A DNA stretch of 64,000 bases from Gammaproteobacteria bacterium (GTDB lineage Bacteria > Pseudomonadota > Gammaproteobacteria > UBA4575), in NCBI GenBank assembly GCA_045106935.1, contig JBGCFN010000014.1:562-64561 (forward strand), given 5' to 3'. The stretch's first letter is position 1; each line of letters opens with the position of its first letter. Positions 51,500 to 60,945 of the stretch are shown piece after piece. Position numbers and translations under genes: made by a program. The notes under the pieces were generated by a model. That model did not search any database. It saw only the letters and a list, made by a program, of their open reading frames with translations, and had not been told where the DNA came from.

Positions 51500-54007
51500 C
51501 TAGTGAAGTAGCTTTAAGCCATCCATAGGCATTGGAGACCCCATGGCATAACCCTGTGCAAAATCAACACCAAGCTTGCGCAATTGTTCAACGACTTCTT
51601 CGCTTTCTGCGCATTCAGCTATTGTGCCAATACCCATGACATGCCCCATTTGGTTTATTGCTTCAACCATGGCGTAGTCAATGGTGTCATTTGACATGTC
51701 GGTGACAAAGCTGCCATCAATTTTCAAGTAATCAACCGGCAAGTTTTTGAGGTAGGTAAATGAAGATAAGCCGCTACCAAAATCATCAAGTGCAAAACAA
51801 CAACCCACTTTCTTTAATTCTTTAATTAGAACGCTTGCTTGCGTCAGATTGTTAATCGCAGCAGTTTCGGTAATTTCAAAACATACATGTTGTGGATCAA
51901 CTTGAGAGCTGGCTAATTCATCTTTGATGAATTGTAATAATTTGTCGTCATTGAGTGAGTTACCAGATAGGTTAATAGCAATGTGCACACCAGACTTTTC
52001 TCCAAAAGTGTCATGATAACTATGTAGTGCGGTGTGAATGACCCATCGGTCTACATTGGGCATTAAGCCATAACGTTCTGCAGCAGGAATAAAGCTGCCA
52101 GGCATGATTATGTTGCCATTGGCATCGTTAAGGCGCAGTAGTAATTCATAGTGCTGGATTGAGCGATTGCCTAAAGATAGCGAAACTATCGGTTGGCAAT
52201 AAAGCATGAAGCGATCTTCTTTTAACGCACCTGTGATTCCTGCGGCACGTAATATCTCTGCATGTTTGCGTGTGAGTTCATCGTCATCAACTTGATAGAC
52301 GTGTAATTGATTTCGGCCTCGCTCGTTTGCTGAATAACAAGTTAACTCGGCTCGCGTCAGCATTTGTGCAGGTTCCGGGGATTCTTTGGTAACGGGGACA
52401 ATACCAATGCTTAATCCAAGTTCAAATATTTGATTTTCCCAAGTGAAACGCTGGCGTTGGAATTCATCAATGAGGTTTTGTGCGGTTCGTTTAGCATTAT
52501 CTATTGTGTGATTCACTAACAGTAATGCGAATTCATCTCCACCCAGGCGACCAATGTAATCGATGCTGCGAATTTTAGAGCGTAGAAAATGGGCGACTTC
52601 TTTAAGAATGTAATCGCCAGCAGTGTGGCCTGCCTGTGCATTAATAATTTTGAATTGATTGACATCAATGTAACAAAGAACATGCTGAACATCGTGTAGT
52701 GCAGCACTGGCAATCGATTTTTCTAATTGGTATTCAAATTCTTGACGATTAAGTAAGCCAGTGAGTGAGTCATGCGAGGCGCGATGTTCAATTTCACTGG
52801 TGAGGCGTCTCGTCTCGGATAAGTCTTTTATGATGATGACTGTGCCATGCGCCTGACTTTCAACTGGAAAATGAGGAGCTATGGCAATTTCGATGGCGCG
52901 CTCATCATTGTGGTTGTTGACTAGCAGTAAATTCTTAGAGACTTGGATCGTTCTATTTTCTTGTATAGCAGTATGACCGGGAATATCGAAGCGTTCGCGC
53001 TTGTCAGAATCAATCAAACGGATAATTTCATCAATGTCATGGCCTTCAGCTTCAAAGGTAGGCCAACCCGTTAAGCTCTCTGCCACAGGATTCATGTGAA
53101 TGACTTTAAGATGGCTATCGGTAATGATCACGCCTTCTTTTAATAACTCTAGTGTTAGCTTATTACGAGTTTGCTCTTCTAGAAGCTCAGCTTCTATGCG
53201 CATTAGGTTGCTCTGGTTTTGAATAACCAAAGCATAGCCAGAAGTGCTGTTTTTCTGGTCATTAAGTGCGACCGTGCAGCGTAAATGTAATGTTTCGTTA
53301 TCTTTGTCGACTGTAATGAGGCCGGTCGATTTATTTTCATTATCCTGTGTTTCAGAAATCAAACGTTTTATCGTGTTTTGTTCTTGGGCAGATAAGATCA
53401 AGTCAATCGGTGTGCCGAGTGATTCTTTAGCATCGATATTGAGTAGCTCGCAAGAGACATCATTAGCATGTGTAATGGTGTGGTTCTTATCCAATAATAT
53501 AAAACCGACATTGGCGCTATTTAATATATCATCGACAACTTCAATTTCTTCGGGTTGCGTAAGTAATGCTTTTTTATTTAGTACCGGAATTTGGTCGTTG
53601 TTGGGAATAGCCGCATTTATATTCGTATCGTTTGCAGAGCTTGCAGTCGAGCTAATTAAAGCCGCAGGTAAGCTTTTTATATCTGCAGTTGAGCATAAGT
53701 GTAAGCCTTCACCAAGCGCAGGATTCAGTTCGAAATCTTGATGCATAATTTCGAAGTCACTAGGTTTGCGTAACACAAATATTTTTGTAAATGGGTTCAC
53801 CGCTTTCACCCAATTTGCAATCTTGAGTGGGTCTTGCAGGTGGTGCCCCAAAACAATGATGTCTGCATCCAGATTTCCTGATTTCAGCACCTCTGATAGC
53901 TGATTCTCGCTAGTGTAGTTAGATAAGGCCACGGGTGGTGGTATCTGGCGACACAAGTAAGACCAGAGGTCTTTGCCTATATTAATTAATGAAACTTTCG
54001 CTGCCAT
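51500..54007 (-). CDS. Multidomain c-di-GMP signalling protein: degenerate receiver-like N-terminus, 2-3 PAS, GGDEF, EAL
   Basis: GGDEF motif RLGGDEFALLL. EAL-domain motifs (QPIVSL...YELLLRL, ...CFEITETAA...). PAS regions between. Length 835 aa. Confidence 0.85.
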   Translation of the reverse strand: MAAKVSLINIGKDLWSYLCRQIPPPVALSNYTSENQLSEVLKSGNLDADIIVLGHHLQDPLKIANWVKAVNPFTKIFVLRKPSDFEIMHQDFELNPALGEGLHLCSTADIKSLPAALISSTASSANDTNINAAIPNNDQIPVLNKKALLTQPEEIEVVDDILNSANVGFILLDKNHTITHANDVSCELLNIDAKESLGTPIDLILSAQEQNTIKRLISETQDNENKSTGLITVDKDNETLHLRCTVALNDQKNSTSGYALVIQNQSNLMRIEAELLEEQTRNKLTLELLKEGVIITDSHLKVIHMNPVAESLTGWPTFEAEGHDIDEIIRLIDSDKRERFDIPGHTAIQENRTIQVSKNLLLVNNHNDERAIEIAIAPHFPVESQAHGTVIIIKDLSETRRLTSEIEHRASHDSLTGLLNRQEFEYQLEKSIASAALHDVQHVLCYIDVNQFKIINAQAGHTAGDYILKEVAHFLRSKIRSIDYIGRLGGDEFALLLVNHTIDNAKRTAQNLIDEFQRQRFTWENQIFELGLSIGIVPVTKESPEPAQMLTRAELTCYSANERGRNQLHVYQVDDDELTRKHAEILRAAGITGALKEDRFMLYCQPIVSLSLGNRSIQHYELLLRLNDANGNIIMPGSFIPAAERYGLMPNVDRWVIHTALHSYHDTFGEKSGVHIAINLSGNSLNDDKLLQFIKDELASSQVDPQHVCFEITETAAINNLTQASVLIKELKKVGCCFALDDFGSGLSSFTYLKNLPVDYLKIDGSFVTDMSNDTIDYAMVEAINQMGHVMGIGTIAECAESEEVVEQLRKLGVDFAQGYAMGSPMPMDGLKLLH

Positions 54008-54062
54008 GAGACGAGAATCTATCCTGCTCTAGTAAAGTGGTGTTGATTGCAAGGAAGTAAGT

Positions 54063-54248
54063 TCATCTTACTTCACCTTCAAAAAGATCGGTCTGTGCTT
54101 TTTCGCGCAAATACTCCCGTATCCAAAGTCGCACAAGGCGTGAAGCGTTATCGTCTTCCCTCTTTACAGAGCGCATAAATTCATCGCGCAATGATCGTGG
54201 AATCCTAACCTGGAGTAGGGCGGGGTCTGTAGGATGTTTATCAGTCAA
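54063..54248 (-). CDS. Ribbon-helix-helix (Arc/CopG-like) DNA-binding protein
   Basis: QVRIPRSLRDEFMRSVKRE matches the RHH beta-strand plus helix pattern. Length 61 aa. Immediately upstream of, and co-oriented with, the PAS-GGDEF-EAL gene. Confidence 0.6.
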   Translation of the reverse strand: MTDKHPTDPALLQVRIPRSLRDEFMRSVKREDDNASRLVRLWIREYLREKAQTDLFEGEVR

Positions 54249-54507
54249 ATCTATACTCTGGTCAGTAACAAGTAATGACAGGAGTATGACAATTAATGCG
54301 ATTACTTACAAGTGTTTGATAAGTAAGGTCGGTAACGTAGTGATTTGATTTGAAATATAGCGATAATTACAAATTAAAAAAAGAGCTTGGCCGCAAATCG
54401 CTTGCGCTTTCATGATTCGATTTGCATGTAAAGAGTTTAACTTATTGAAATTTAATAAAATTTCTCATAAGTCGTTAGAAATTAATCAAATGAGTATCAG
54501 AATGACA

Positions 54508-54783
54508 CTAATGTTCGACGCGGTAGGGAATAACATGGTCGTAGTTGTTAAAATGCATATATATCAAATTTTTGCCGCATTGCGATTGATAGCCGCCAAT
54601 TTTAACAAGGCCTTTTTCTATTGCATGTTTAAATGATTTTGTTGGTTCACAAACAGCCAGTGATACTGTTTCTATATTGGTGAGAAGACTTTTTCGGAGT
54701 TTGCTGACCGTCTGGGAGGTGTAGTCTATATCCTTGCTGCTGATAATGATTTCATTTTCTGGAATGGGATTATCTAACATGAT
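54508..54783 (-). CDS. Hypothetical protein (~91 aa from the internal Met)
   Basis: A protein-like ORF MLDNPIPENEIIISSKDIDYTSQ... The upstream 12 codons (MHHIIIILIRIII) look non-coding. The competing plus-strand ORF 54412..54636 is low-complexity. Confidence 0.35.
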   Translation of the reverse strand: MMLDNPIPENEIIISSKDIDYTSQTVSKLRKSLLTNIETVSLAVCEPTKSFKHAIEKGLVKIGGYQSQCGKNLIYMHFNNYDHVIPYRVEH

Positions 54784-54923
54784 TATAATGCGAATGAGAA
54801 TTATTATTATATGGTGCAATACTATAAATCTATGATCAAGTGATTTTAAAGAATAGACATTATTAGCCGATGATTAAGTGAATTTGTTTTTGTTGTATTA
54901 AGCAATGAGTCTGGCTATTTCTG

Positions 54924-55640
54924 ATGAGTAAACAAAAAAATTTCTATCAAATACTTCATGTGCAGCAAGATGCGCCAAGCGAGGTGATTCGATCTACCTA
55001 TCGCACGATGATGCAGAAAATGAAAATGCACCCAGATCTGGGTGGCAATCAAGAGGAGGCCGCTTTAATTAATGAGGCCTACTCGGTGTTAATGGATGCT
55101 GATGCGCGCGCTCAGTATGATTCCTCTTTGGCAGGTCAAAATAATTCTTTTACTAAGCAAAGCTATAGCAGCCAAAATACTCATCGTGAAAAAACAACAG
55201 TCTTCAAAGAGAATCAATGCGTATTCTGTGAGCTTCCACATAACTATGGACATGCTGTAAAACCAGACAGTCAATGCACTCGATGTGGAAGCGCGTTATA
55301 TCCTGCGATAAAAGAAACTTTTGAACAGAATGGGAATCGTTTAATTAATCGCATTGAAAAGCAATGGCCTGTATCTATATATCTTGATTGGACGGATTCC
55401 CGTAGTTATATCGGTACTACGCAAGATGTGTCTCTAAATGGTCTGCAAGTTTTGTCTAATAAATATGTGGATAATGGGACGGTGCTAAAGCTATCAAGTC
55501 ATTTATTGGATTCAGTGGCACTGGTTGTAAATTCTAGAAGCAATCACACCCTGTTGCGTAAGCGCTGGAATCTGGGTCTGGAGTTCATCACTCTGCGATT
55601 TCATCATGCCCAAGGAACTTTTGTGAAAGTTGATGCTTAA
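54924..55640 (+). CDS. J-domain (DnaJ-like) protein with central Cys4 zinc ribbon and C-terminal PilZ domain
   Basis: The J-domain is FYQILHVQQDAPSEVIRSTYRTMMQKMKMHPDLGG...AYSVL.D...R..YD with an HPD tripeptide. The ribbon is CVFC...CTRC. The PilZ c-di-GMP motifs RLINR (RxxxR) and DVSLNG (DxSxxG) are present. Confidence 0.7.
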   Translation: MSKQKNFYQILHVQQDAPSEVIRSTYRTMMQKMKMHPDLGGNQEEAALINEAYSVLMDADARAQYDSSLAGQNNSFTKQSYSSQNTHREKTTVFKENQCVFCELPHNYGHAVKPDSQCTRCGSALYPAIKETFEQNGNRLINRIEKQWPVSIYLDWTDSRSYIGTTQDVSLNGLQVLSNKYVDNGTVLKLSSHLLDSVALVVNSRSNHTLLRKRWNLGLEFITLRFHHAQGTFVKVDA

Positions 55641-55748
55641 TTAAGTTTCGATTGGTCTGCGCCTCAAAAATATAAAACTTCCCCTTGCAATAAATTTAGA
55701 TAACACTGCCTCGGTCGTTAGGTAGATAAAACTAAATGGTCATGTGAT

Positions 55749-56552
55749 ATGGGTAATAAAAAATCAATAAATGATTTGCTTGAAATTATGCAGGCATTGA
55801 GGGATCCGCAAACAGGCTGCTCATGGGACAAAGTACAAACTTTTCAAACAATTGCGCCCTACACCATCGAGGAGGCATACGAGGTTGCTGAAGCAATCGC
55901 GCGTAACGATATGCGTGATTTGTGTGATGAGCTTGGTGATTTGTTACTGCAAGTGGTGTATCACGCGCAAATGGCAAAAGAAACGGATCAGTTTGATTTT
56001 GATGATGTGGTTAACGCCATTTGTGAAAAAATGATTAGACGGCACCCGCATGTATTTGGATCAGATGAGCAGCTCGCTCAAGGCAAACAAGATTGGGAGC
56101 AGTTTAAGCATCAAGAGCGATTAGCTAAAGGTGAGTTGCAACATGATACATCTGCATTAGCTAATGTATCTGAAGGGTTGCCGTCATTAATTCGTGCACG
56201 CAAACTACAAAAGAAAGCATCCAAGGTGAATTTTGATTGGTCTGATGTGAATGATGTTGTCGCAAAAATTAAAGAAGAAGTGATAGAGCTGGATGAAGCG
56301 ATGAGTCTCAATCAGGATGATGCGCATATTGAGGAAGAAGTCGGCGACGTTCTGTTTTCAGTGGTTAATCTTTGTCGACACATCGAGGTTGATGCAGACA
56401 TGGCTTTGCAGAAAGCAAATCTAAAATTTGAACAACGCTTTAGGCAAGTGGAAAGTCTTATTGCTGAGCAAGGTGAGCAAATGGCAAATCTTAATGAAGA
56501 GCAGTTGGATGTTTATTGGGAACAGGCGAAACAAGCGCTAGAGAAAAAATAA
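55749..56552 (+). CDS. mazG: Nucleoside triphosphate pyrophosphohydrolase MazG
   Basis: Two MazG EExxE-type repeats (TIEEAYEVAEAI, ...EEVGDVLFSV...). Length 267 aa. Confidence 0.9.
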   Translation: MGNKKSINDLLEIMQALRDPQTGCSWDKVQTFQTIAPYTIEEAYEVAEAIARNDMRDLCDELGDLLLQVVYHAQMAKETDQFDFDDVVNAICEKMIRRHPHVFGSDEQLAQGKQDWEQFKHQERLAKGELQHDTSALANVSEGLPSLIRARKLQKKASKVNFDWSDVNDVVAKIKEEVIELDEAMSLNQDDAHIEEEVGDVLFSVVNLCRHIEVDADMALQKANLKFEQRFRQVESLIAEQGEQMANLNEEQLDVYWEQAKQALEKK

Positions 56553-56580
56553 TTTGGTCGTTTTGAAATAAGTTTTTAAA

Positions 56581-57429
56581 TTAAATTGCCTCTTCAAAAA
56601 GCATTGAAAAATCGACTGCCTGCACATGTTTTGTCAGTGCGCCGACAGAAATATAATCCACGCCTAACATTGCATACTGGCTAATATTATCCATAGTGAT
56701 ATTGCCGGACACCTCCAGCTTAATTTTGTTATGGCTCATTTCCACCGCTTGTGTCACTTCCTGTAGCGAAAAGTTATCGAGTAGTGCAATCGTGGCTTGA
56801 TGCTCAATAGCTTCATTTAATTGCGCAAGCGTCTCAACTTCTACTTCTATTTTTAATTCTGGATGCTGTTGCTTGGCGCGTGCGATGGCATGGCTGATTG
56901 ATCCACAGGCAGCGATGTGATTTTCTTTGATTAAGTAAGCATCGTATAGACCCATGCGATGGTTTGTTCCGCCAGCGCATAACACAGCATATTTTTGTGC
57001 ATAGCGTAAGCCGGGAATGGTTTTACGTGTGTCTAGAAGCTGAGTTTTGGTGCCTTTGAGTCGGTGGAGTAATTTTTTAGTTGCTGTGGCGGTACCAGAT
57101 AAGGTTTGTAGGAAATTTAATGCTGTTCTTTCGCCGCTGAGGATTGATCTTGCTGCGCCTGATATTTTGCAAACTTCATTTCCAGGATGCATCACTTCAC
57201 CATCGTTGCGCATCCATTCTATATCAACATCAGAATTGAGTTGTTTGAATGTTTCAGTAAACCAAGCTTGACCGCAAAGCGTTGCTGTTTCTCTGCATAA
57301 TACTTTAGCGGTGGCATTGTGTGGGTCGCAAAGTGCAGCACTTACATCGCCCTGGCCAATATCTTCAGCCAGAGCAGTGCGTACAGATTCACTTATTGTC
57401 GCGACATAAGTGGGAGCATGATTATGCAA
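56581..57429 (-). CDS. nadC: Nicotinate-nucleotide diphosphorylase (carboxylating)
   Basis: QAPRTase motifs ...LLDTRKTIPGLR..., ...NHRMGLYDAYLIKENH... Length 282 aa. Confidence 0.9.
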   Translation of the reverse strand: MHNHAPTYVATISESVRTALAEDIGQGDVSAALCDPHNATAKVLCRETATLCGQAWFTETFKQLNSDVDIEWMRNDGEVMHPGNEVCKISGAARSILSGERTALNFLQTLSGTATATKKLLHRLKGTKTQLLDTRKTIPGLRYAQKYAVLCAGGTNHRMGLYDAYLIKENHIAACGSISHAIARAKQQHPELKIEVEVETLAQLNEAIEHQATIALLDNFSLQEVTQAVEMSHNKIKLEVSGNITMDNISQYAMLGVDYISVGALTKHVQAVDFSMLFEEAI

Positions 57430-57433
57430 AAAT

Positions 57434-58771
57434 CTATTCCTTAGAAAAATATTCCTTGGTAATTTTGAAGATCACAGGACTTAATAAAGCAAGTGCAATT
57501 AAGTTTGGCACAGCCATGAAGCCATTCATCACATCTGCCAGAATCCATATTAAGTTTACTTTTTGGTAAGCACCAAAAAATGCAGCAGCTATCCAGAGTA
57601 TACGATAGGGGAGAATGATTTTTTCGCCAAAAATATATTCAGCACATCGTTCGCCGTAATAACTCCAGCCAAGAATGGTAGTAAAAGCAAAGATGACTAA
57701 GCCAAATGTAATGATGTATTCGCCAAATGGAATCGAATTACCATAAGCTAGTGTGGATAAGCTTGCGCCTGTCTCACCACTTGTCCAAGCACCACTAATA
57801 ATGATCACCAGTGCAGTCATAGTACAGACAATGATTGTGTCTATGAATGTGCCTAACATGCCAATCATGCCCTGTCTGACAGGGCTGTCAGTTTGTGCTG
57901 CAGCATGGGCAATTGGTGCACTTCCCAAGCCTGCTTCGTTGGAGAAAATACCTCGTGCAACCCCCATTTGAATTGCAATCATAATGCCGGCGCCTGCAAA
58001 GCCGCCTGCCGCAGCGCTGCCATTAAAGGCGCTATCTACAATTAATGATAATGCCGCCGGAACTTCGCTGATGTTACTTAAGATGATTGCGAGAGAACCA
58101 ACGATATAGGCAATGGCCATTATTGGAACAAGTTTACCTGCGACTGAACCAATACGTTTAATGCCGCCTAAAATAACTAAGCCAGCGAGTATTGCTATGA
58201 CGGCACCAGTAATTTTTTTATCTACACTGAAGTTGCTATGCAATGCGTCGGCAACTGAATTTGATTGCACCATATTGCCAATACCAAAAGCGGCAATCGT
58301 GCCAAACAAAGCAAACAAAAAAGCCAGCCAACCCCAGTTGGCACCTAAGCCATTTTTTATGTAATACATAGGGCCACCAACGTGCTTACCTAGTGCGTCT
58401 TTTTCACGATATTTAACTGCAAGCACTGCTTCACCATATTTAGTTGCCATGCCAACTAAAGCGGTGATCCACATCCAAAATATTGCTCCAGGCCCACCAA
58501 TGAAAATAGCCGTGGCGACACCGGCAATATTTCCTGTGCCGATGGTGGCGGACATAGCGGTCATTAATGCTTGGAAAGGAGATATTTCGCCTTTACCTTC
58601 ACTTTTACGCCCTTGGAATAATAGTGAAAAGGCGTAAGGAATTGTTTTTCGCCAAGGGATGAATTTGAGGCCAAGTGTAAGATAAGCGCCAACACCAATT
58701 ATGAGTACTAATGTGAAGGGCCCCCAAATGAATGAGCTGAGTGTGTTAAGTAGTAATGTTAATGACTCCAT
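57434..58771 (-). CDS. Sodium:alanine symporter family (AgcS) transporter
   Basis: 445 aa polytopic membrane protein with an AGCS-family N-terminus (...FQALMTAMSATIGTGNIAGVATAI..GGPGA.FWMW). Confidence 0.85.
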   Translation of the reverse strand: MESLTLLLNTLSSFIWGPFTLVLIIGVGAYLTLGLKFIPWRKTIPYAFSLLFQGRKSEGKGEISPFQALMTAMSATIGTGNIAGVATAIFIGGPGAIFWMWITALVGMATKYGEAVLAVKYREKDALGKHVGGPMYYIKNGLGANWGWLAFLFALFGTIAAFGIGNMVQSNSVADALHSNFSVDKKITGAVIAILAGLVILGGIKRIGSVAGKLVPIMAIAYIVGSLAIILSNISEVPAALSLIVDSAFNGSAAAGGFAGAGIMIAIQMGVARGIFSNEAGLGSAPIAHAAAQTDSPVRQGMIGMLGTFIDTIIVCTMTALVIIISGAWTSGETGASLSTLAYGNSIPFGEYIITFGLVIFAFTTILGWSYYGERCAEYIFGEKIILPYRILWIAAAFFGAYQKVNLIWILADVMNGFMAVPNLIALALLSPVIFKITKEYFSKE

Positions 58772-58869
58772 TTTTCCTCCGCCAGTACAGTCTTTATTGT
58801 TGTTTTGCTAGCATGCACGACATTGGACGCCTAAATCAACTATTGTTTGTGGGGTTAGAAGGGAATTAA

Positions 58870-60006
58870 ATGCGTAAATCTGCCATTTTAAGTATTAGCT
58901 TAATTGTTTTGCTCTATCTTATTTGGATGTTTGCTGTTGCGGCAAAACCCCCTTTTCCCGATATGCATGATTGGGGGAATACAGATTTTTCGAATACGAT
59001 TGTGGTGCTGGGTGATATGGTTGAGGGTGGGCCCGGTAAGGATGGGATTCCATCAATCGATCAACCTGAATTTGAAACGATTCAATCTGCAGAAAAATGG
59101 CTTGATGATCGTGAGCCGGTCGTCGTGTTTTCTAATAATGGACAAACCAAGGCTTACCCGCTGCAAATTTTGATTTATCACGAAATTGTGAATGATCAAC
59201 TGGGAGAACAAAAAATTTCTGTCACCTATTGTCCTTTATGTAATGCTGCAATGGTTTTTTCTCGATGGCACAAAGGCAAGTTGTTAGATTTTGGAACGAG
59301 TGGGAAAGTGTATACCAACAACTTAGTCATGTATGACCGTCAGAGTGAATCATGGTGGCTGCAATTTACGGGAGAAGCGGTTGTTGGTGATTATGCGGGT
59401 GACTCATTAAAACTTCTGCCATCGCAGATTGTGTCTTTTAAGCAATTTAAAGATGCGCATCCTTTGGGTGAGGTGCTAACGAATCGCACTGGTTTTAATA
59501 AACGATATGGCACGAATCCTTATGTTAATTATGATTCACGCAAGGTGCCAATTGCTTGGTTTTATCGCAAACCATTTGACGATCGATTACCAGTCATGGA
59601 GCGGGTGCTTGGATTAGTTGAAGGTGAAAATGCAATGGCGTTCCCGCTCTCAAGCTTGAGGACTAAACCGATTGTACAAACAAATGTGGGGGATGTTGGA
59701 GTGTTAGTCATAAGTAAACCAGGGATGGCGTCGGCGGTGGATGCGCAATCAATACGTGAGTCTAGAGATATATTGGCTGCCGCGGCTTATTCGCGTGATG
59801 TCGATGGAAGATTGTTAGATTTTCAATTGGATAATAAAAAGCTAATTGATATTCAAACAAAATCTGTTTGGAATATGTTTGGCGTTGCTGTTGAAGGCGA
59901 GCTCAAAGGCGTGCGCTTAGAAAAACTAGACCGTGGAGTTTATTTTTCATTTGTATGGTTGGACTTCTATGCTCACTCAAAGATATTTGAGCAGGATTTC
60001 GAGTAA
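58870..60006 (+). CDS. DUF3179 family secreted/membrane-anchored protein
   Basis: N-terminal anchor, then the DUF3179 hallmark ...GKDGIPSIDQPEF... Length 378 aa. Confidence 0.65.
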   Translation: MRKSAILSISLIVLLYLIWMFAVAAKPPFPDMHDWGNTDFSNTIVVLGDMVEGGPGKDGIPSIDQPEFETIQSAEKWLDDREPVVVFSNNGQTKAYPLQILIYHEIVNDQLGEQKISVTYCPLCNAAMVFSRWHKGKLLDFGTSGKVYTNNLVMYDRQSESWWLQFTGEAVVGDYAGDSLKLLPSQIVSFKQFKDAHPLGEVLTNRTGFNKRYGTNPYVNYDSRKVPIAWFYRKPFDDRLPVMERVLGLVEGENAMAFPLSSLRTKPIVQTNVGDVGVLVISKPGMASAVDAQSIRESRDILAAAAYSRDVDGRLLDFQLDNKKLIDIQTKSVWNMFGVAVEGELKGVRLEKLDRGVYFSFVWLDFYAHSKIFEQDFE

Positions 60007-60015
60007 CGCTAATAG

Positions 60016-60924
60016 TTAGTTTGCGTGAAGCAATAAAAATTCAATTAACGCTTTTTGAGCGTGCAAACGATTTTCTGCTTCATCCCATACAACACTTTGT
60101 GCGCCCTCTAGCACATCAGTAGTAACTTCTTCTTCTCTGTGTGCAGGTAAACAATGCATGAATAAAGCATCTTGATTGGCCTGTTGCATGAGTTCAGCAT
60201 TAACTTGAAATGATGCAAATGCTTTTTCGCGTTGTTTTTGTTCTTCTTCTTGTCCCATGCTCGCCCACACATCCGTGACAATAAGGTCTGAGTCTTTAGC
60301 TGCGTCCATAGCGTCGTGAGTAAAATACACTTTATTGCCGGCCGCGCTGACAATGTCATGGTCGGGCTCGTAATTTTTTGGACTGGCAATGCGTAAGTTA
60401 AAGTCTAATAATCTGGCTGCATTGATATAAGAGTGGCACATATTATTTCCGTCACCAATCCAAGTAACGGTTGATCCACGAATGTCGCCTCTTTTTTCGA
60501 ACCAAGTTTGCAGGTCTGCCAGTAGTTGGCAAGGATGAACTAAGTCTGTTAAACCATTAATCACAGGGACAGTGGAAACACTTGCGAATCGTTCAATAGT
60601 GTCGTGGGCAAAAGTTCGAATCATAATGATGTCGACCATGCGAGACAGTACGCGTGCAGCATCTTCGACGGGTTCTCCGCGCCCTAACTGTGTGTCTTTA
60701 GACGACAAGAATAATGCATGACCACCAAATTGAGCCATCCCCGCTTCAAATGAAACACGTGTGCGCGTTGAGGATTTGTCAAACAACATGCCAAGCGTTT
60801 TGTTTTGAAAAGGAGTATATGACTCGCCACTGTGTAGCATGGCCTTAAGTTCAATTGCTCGCATGATAATTGAACGCAGTTCTTCGCTGCTAAGATCTAG
60901 TAATGATAAAAAGTGACGTGCCAT
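60016..60924 (-). CDS. argF: Ornithine carbamoyltransferase
   Basis: STRTR carbamoyl-phosphate motif, HPCQ, and HCLP near the C-terminus. Length 302 aa. Confidence 0.92.
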   Translation of the reverse strand: MARHFLSLLDLSSEELRSIIMRAIELKAMLHSGESYTPFQNKTLGMLFDKSSTRTRVSFEAGMAQFGGHALFLSSKDTQLGRGEPVEDAARVLSRMVDIIMIRTFAHDTIERFASVSTVPVINGLTDLVHPCQLLADLQTWFEKRGDIRGSTVTWIGDGNNMCHSYINAARLLDFNLRIASPKNYEPDHDIVSAAGNKVYFTHDAMDAAKDSDLIVTDVWASMGQEEEQKQREKAFASFQVNAELMQQANQDALFMHCLPAHREEEVTTDVLEGAQSVVWDEAENRLHAQKALIEFLLLHAN

Positions 60925-60945
60925 GATAGTTGTTTCTAATTTAAA

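Noticed and set aside
54412-54636. 74-aa plus-strand ORF between the RHH gene and the J-domain-PilZ gene
   Set aside because: Low-complexity and hydrophobic with no RBS. The overlapping minus-strand ORF looks more protein-like, though it too is low confidence.
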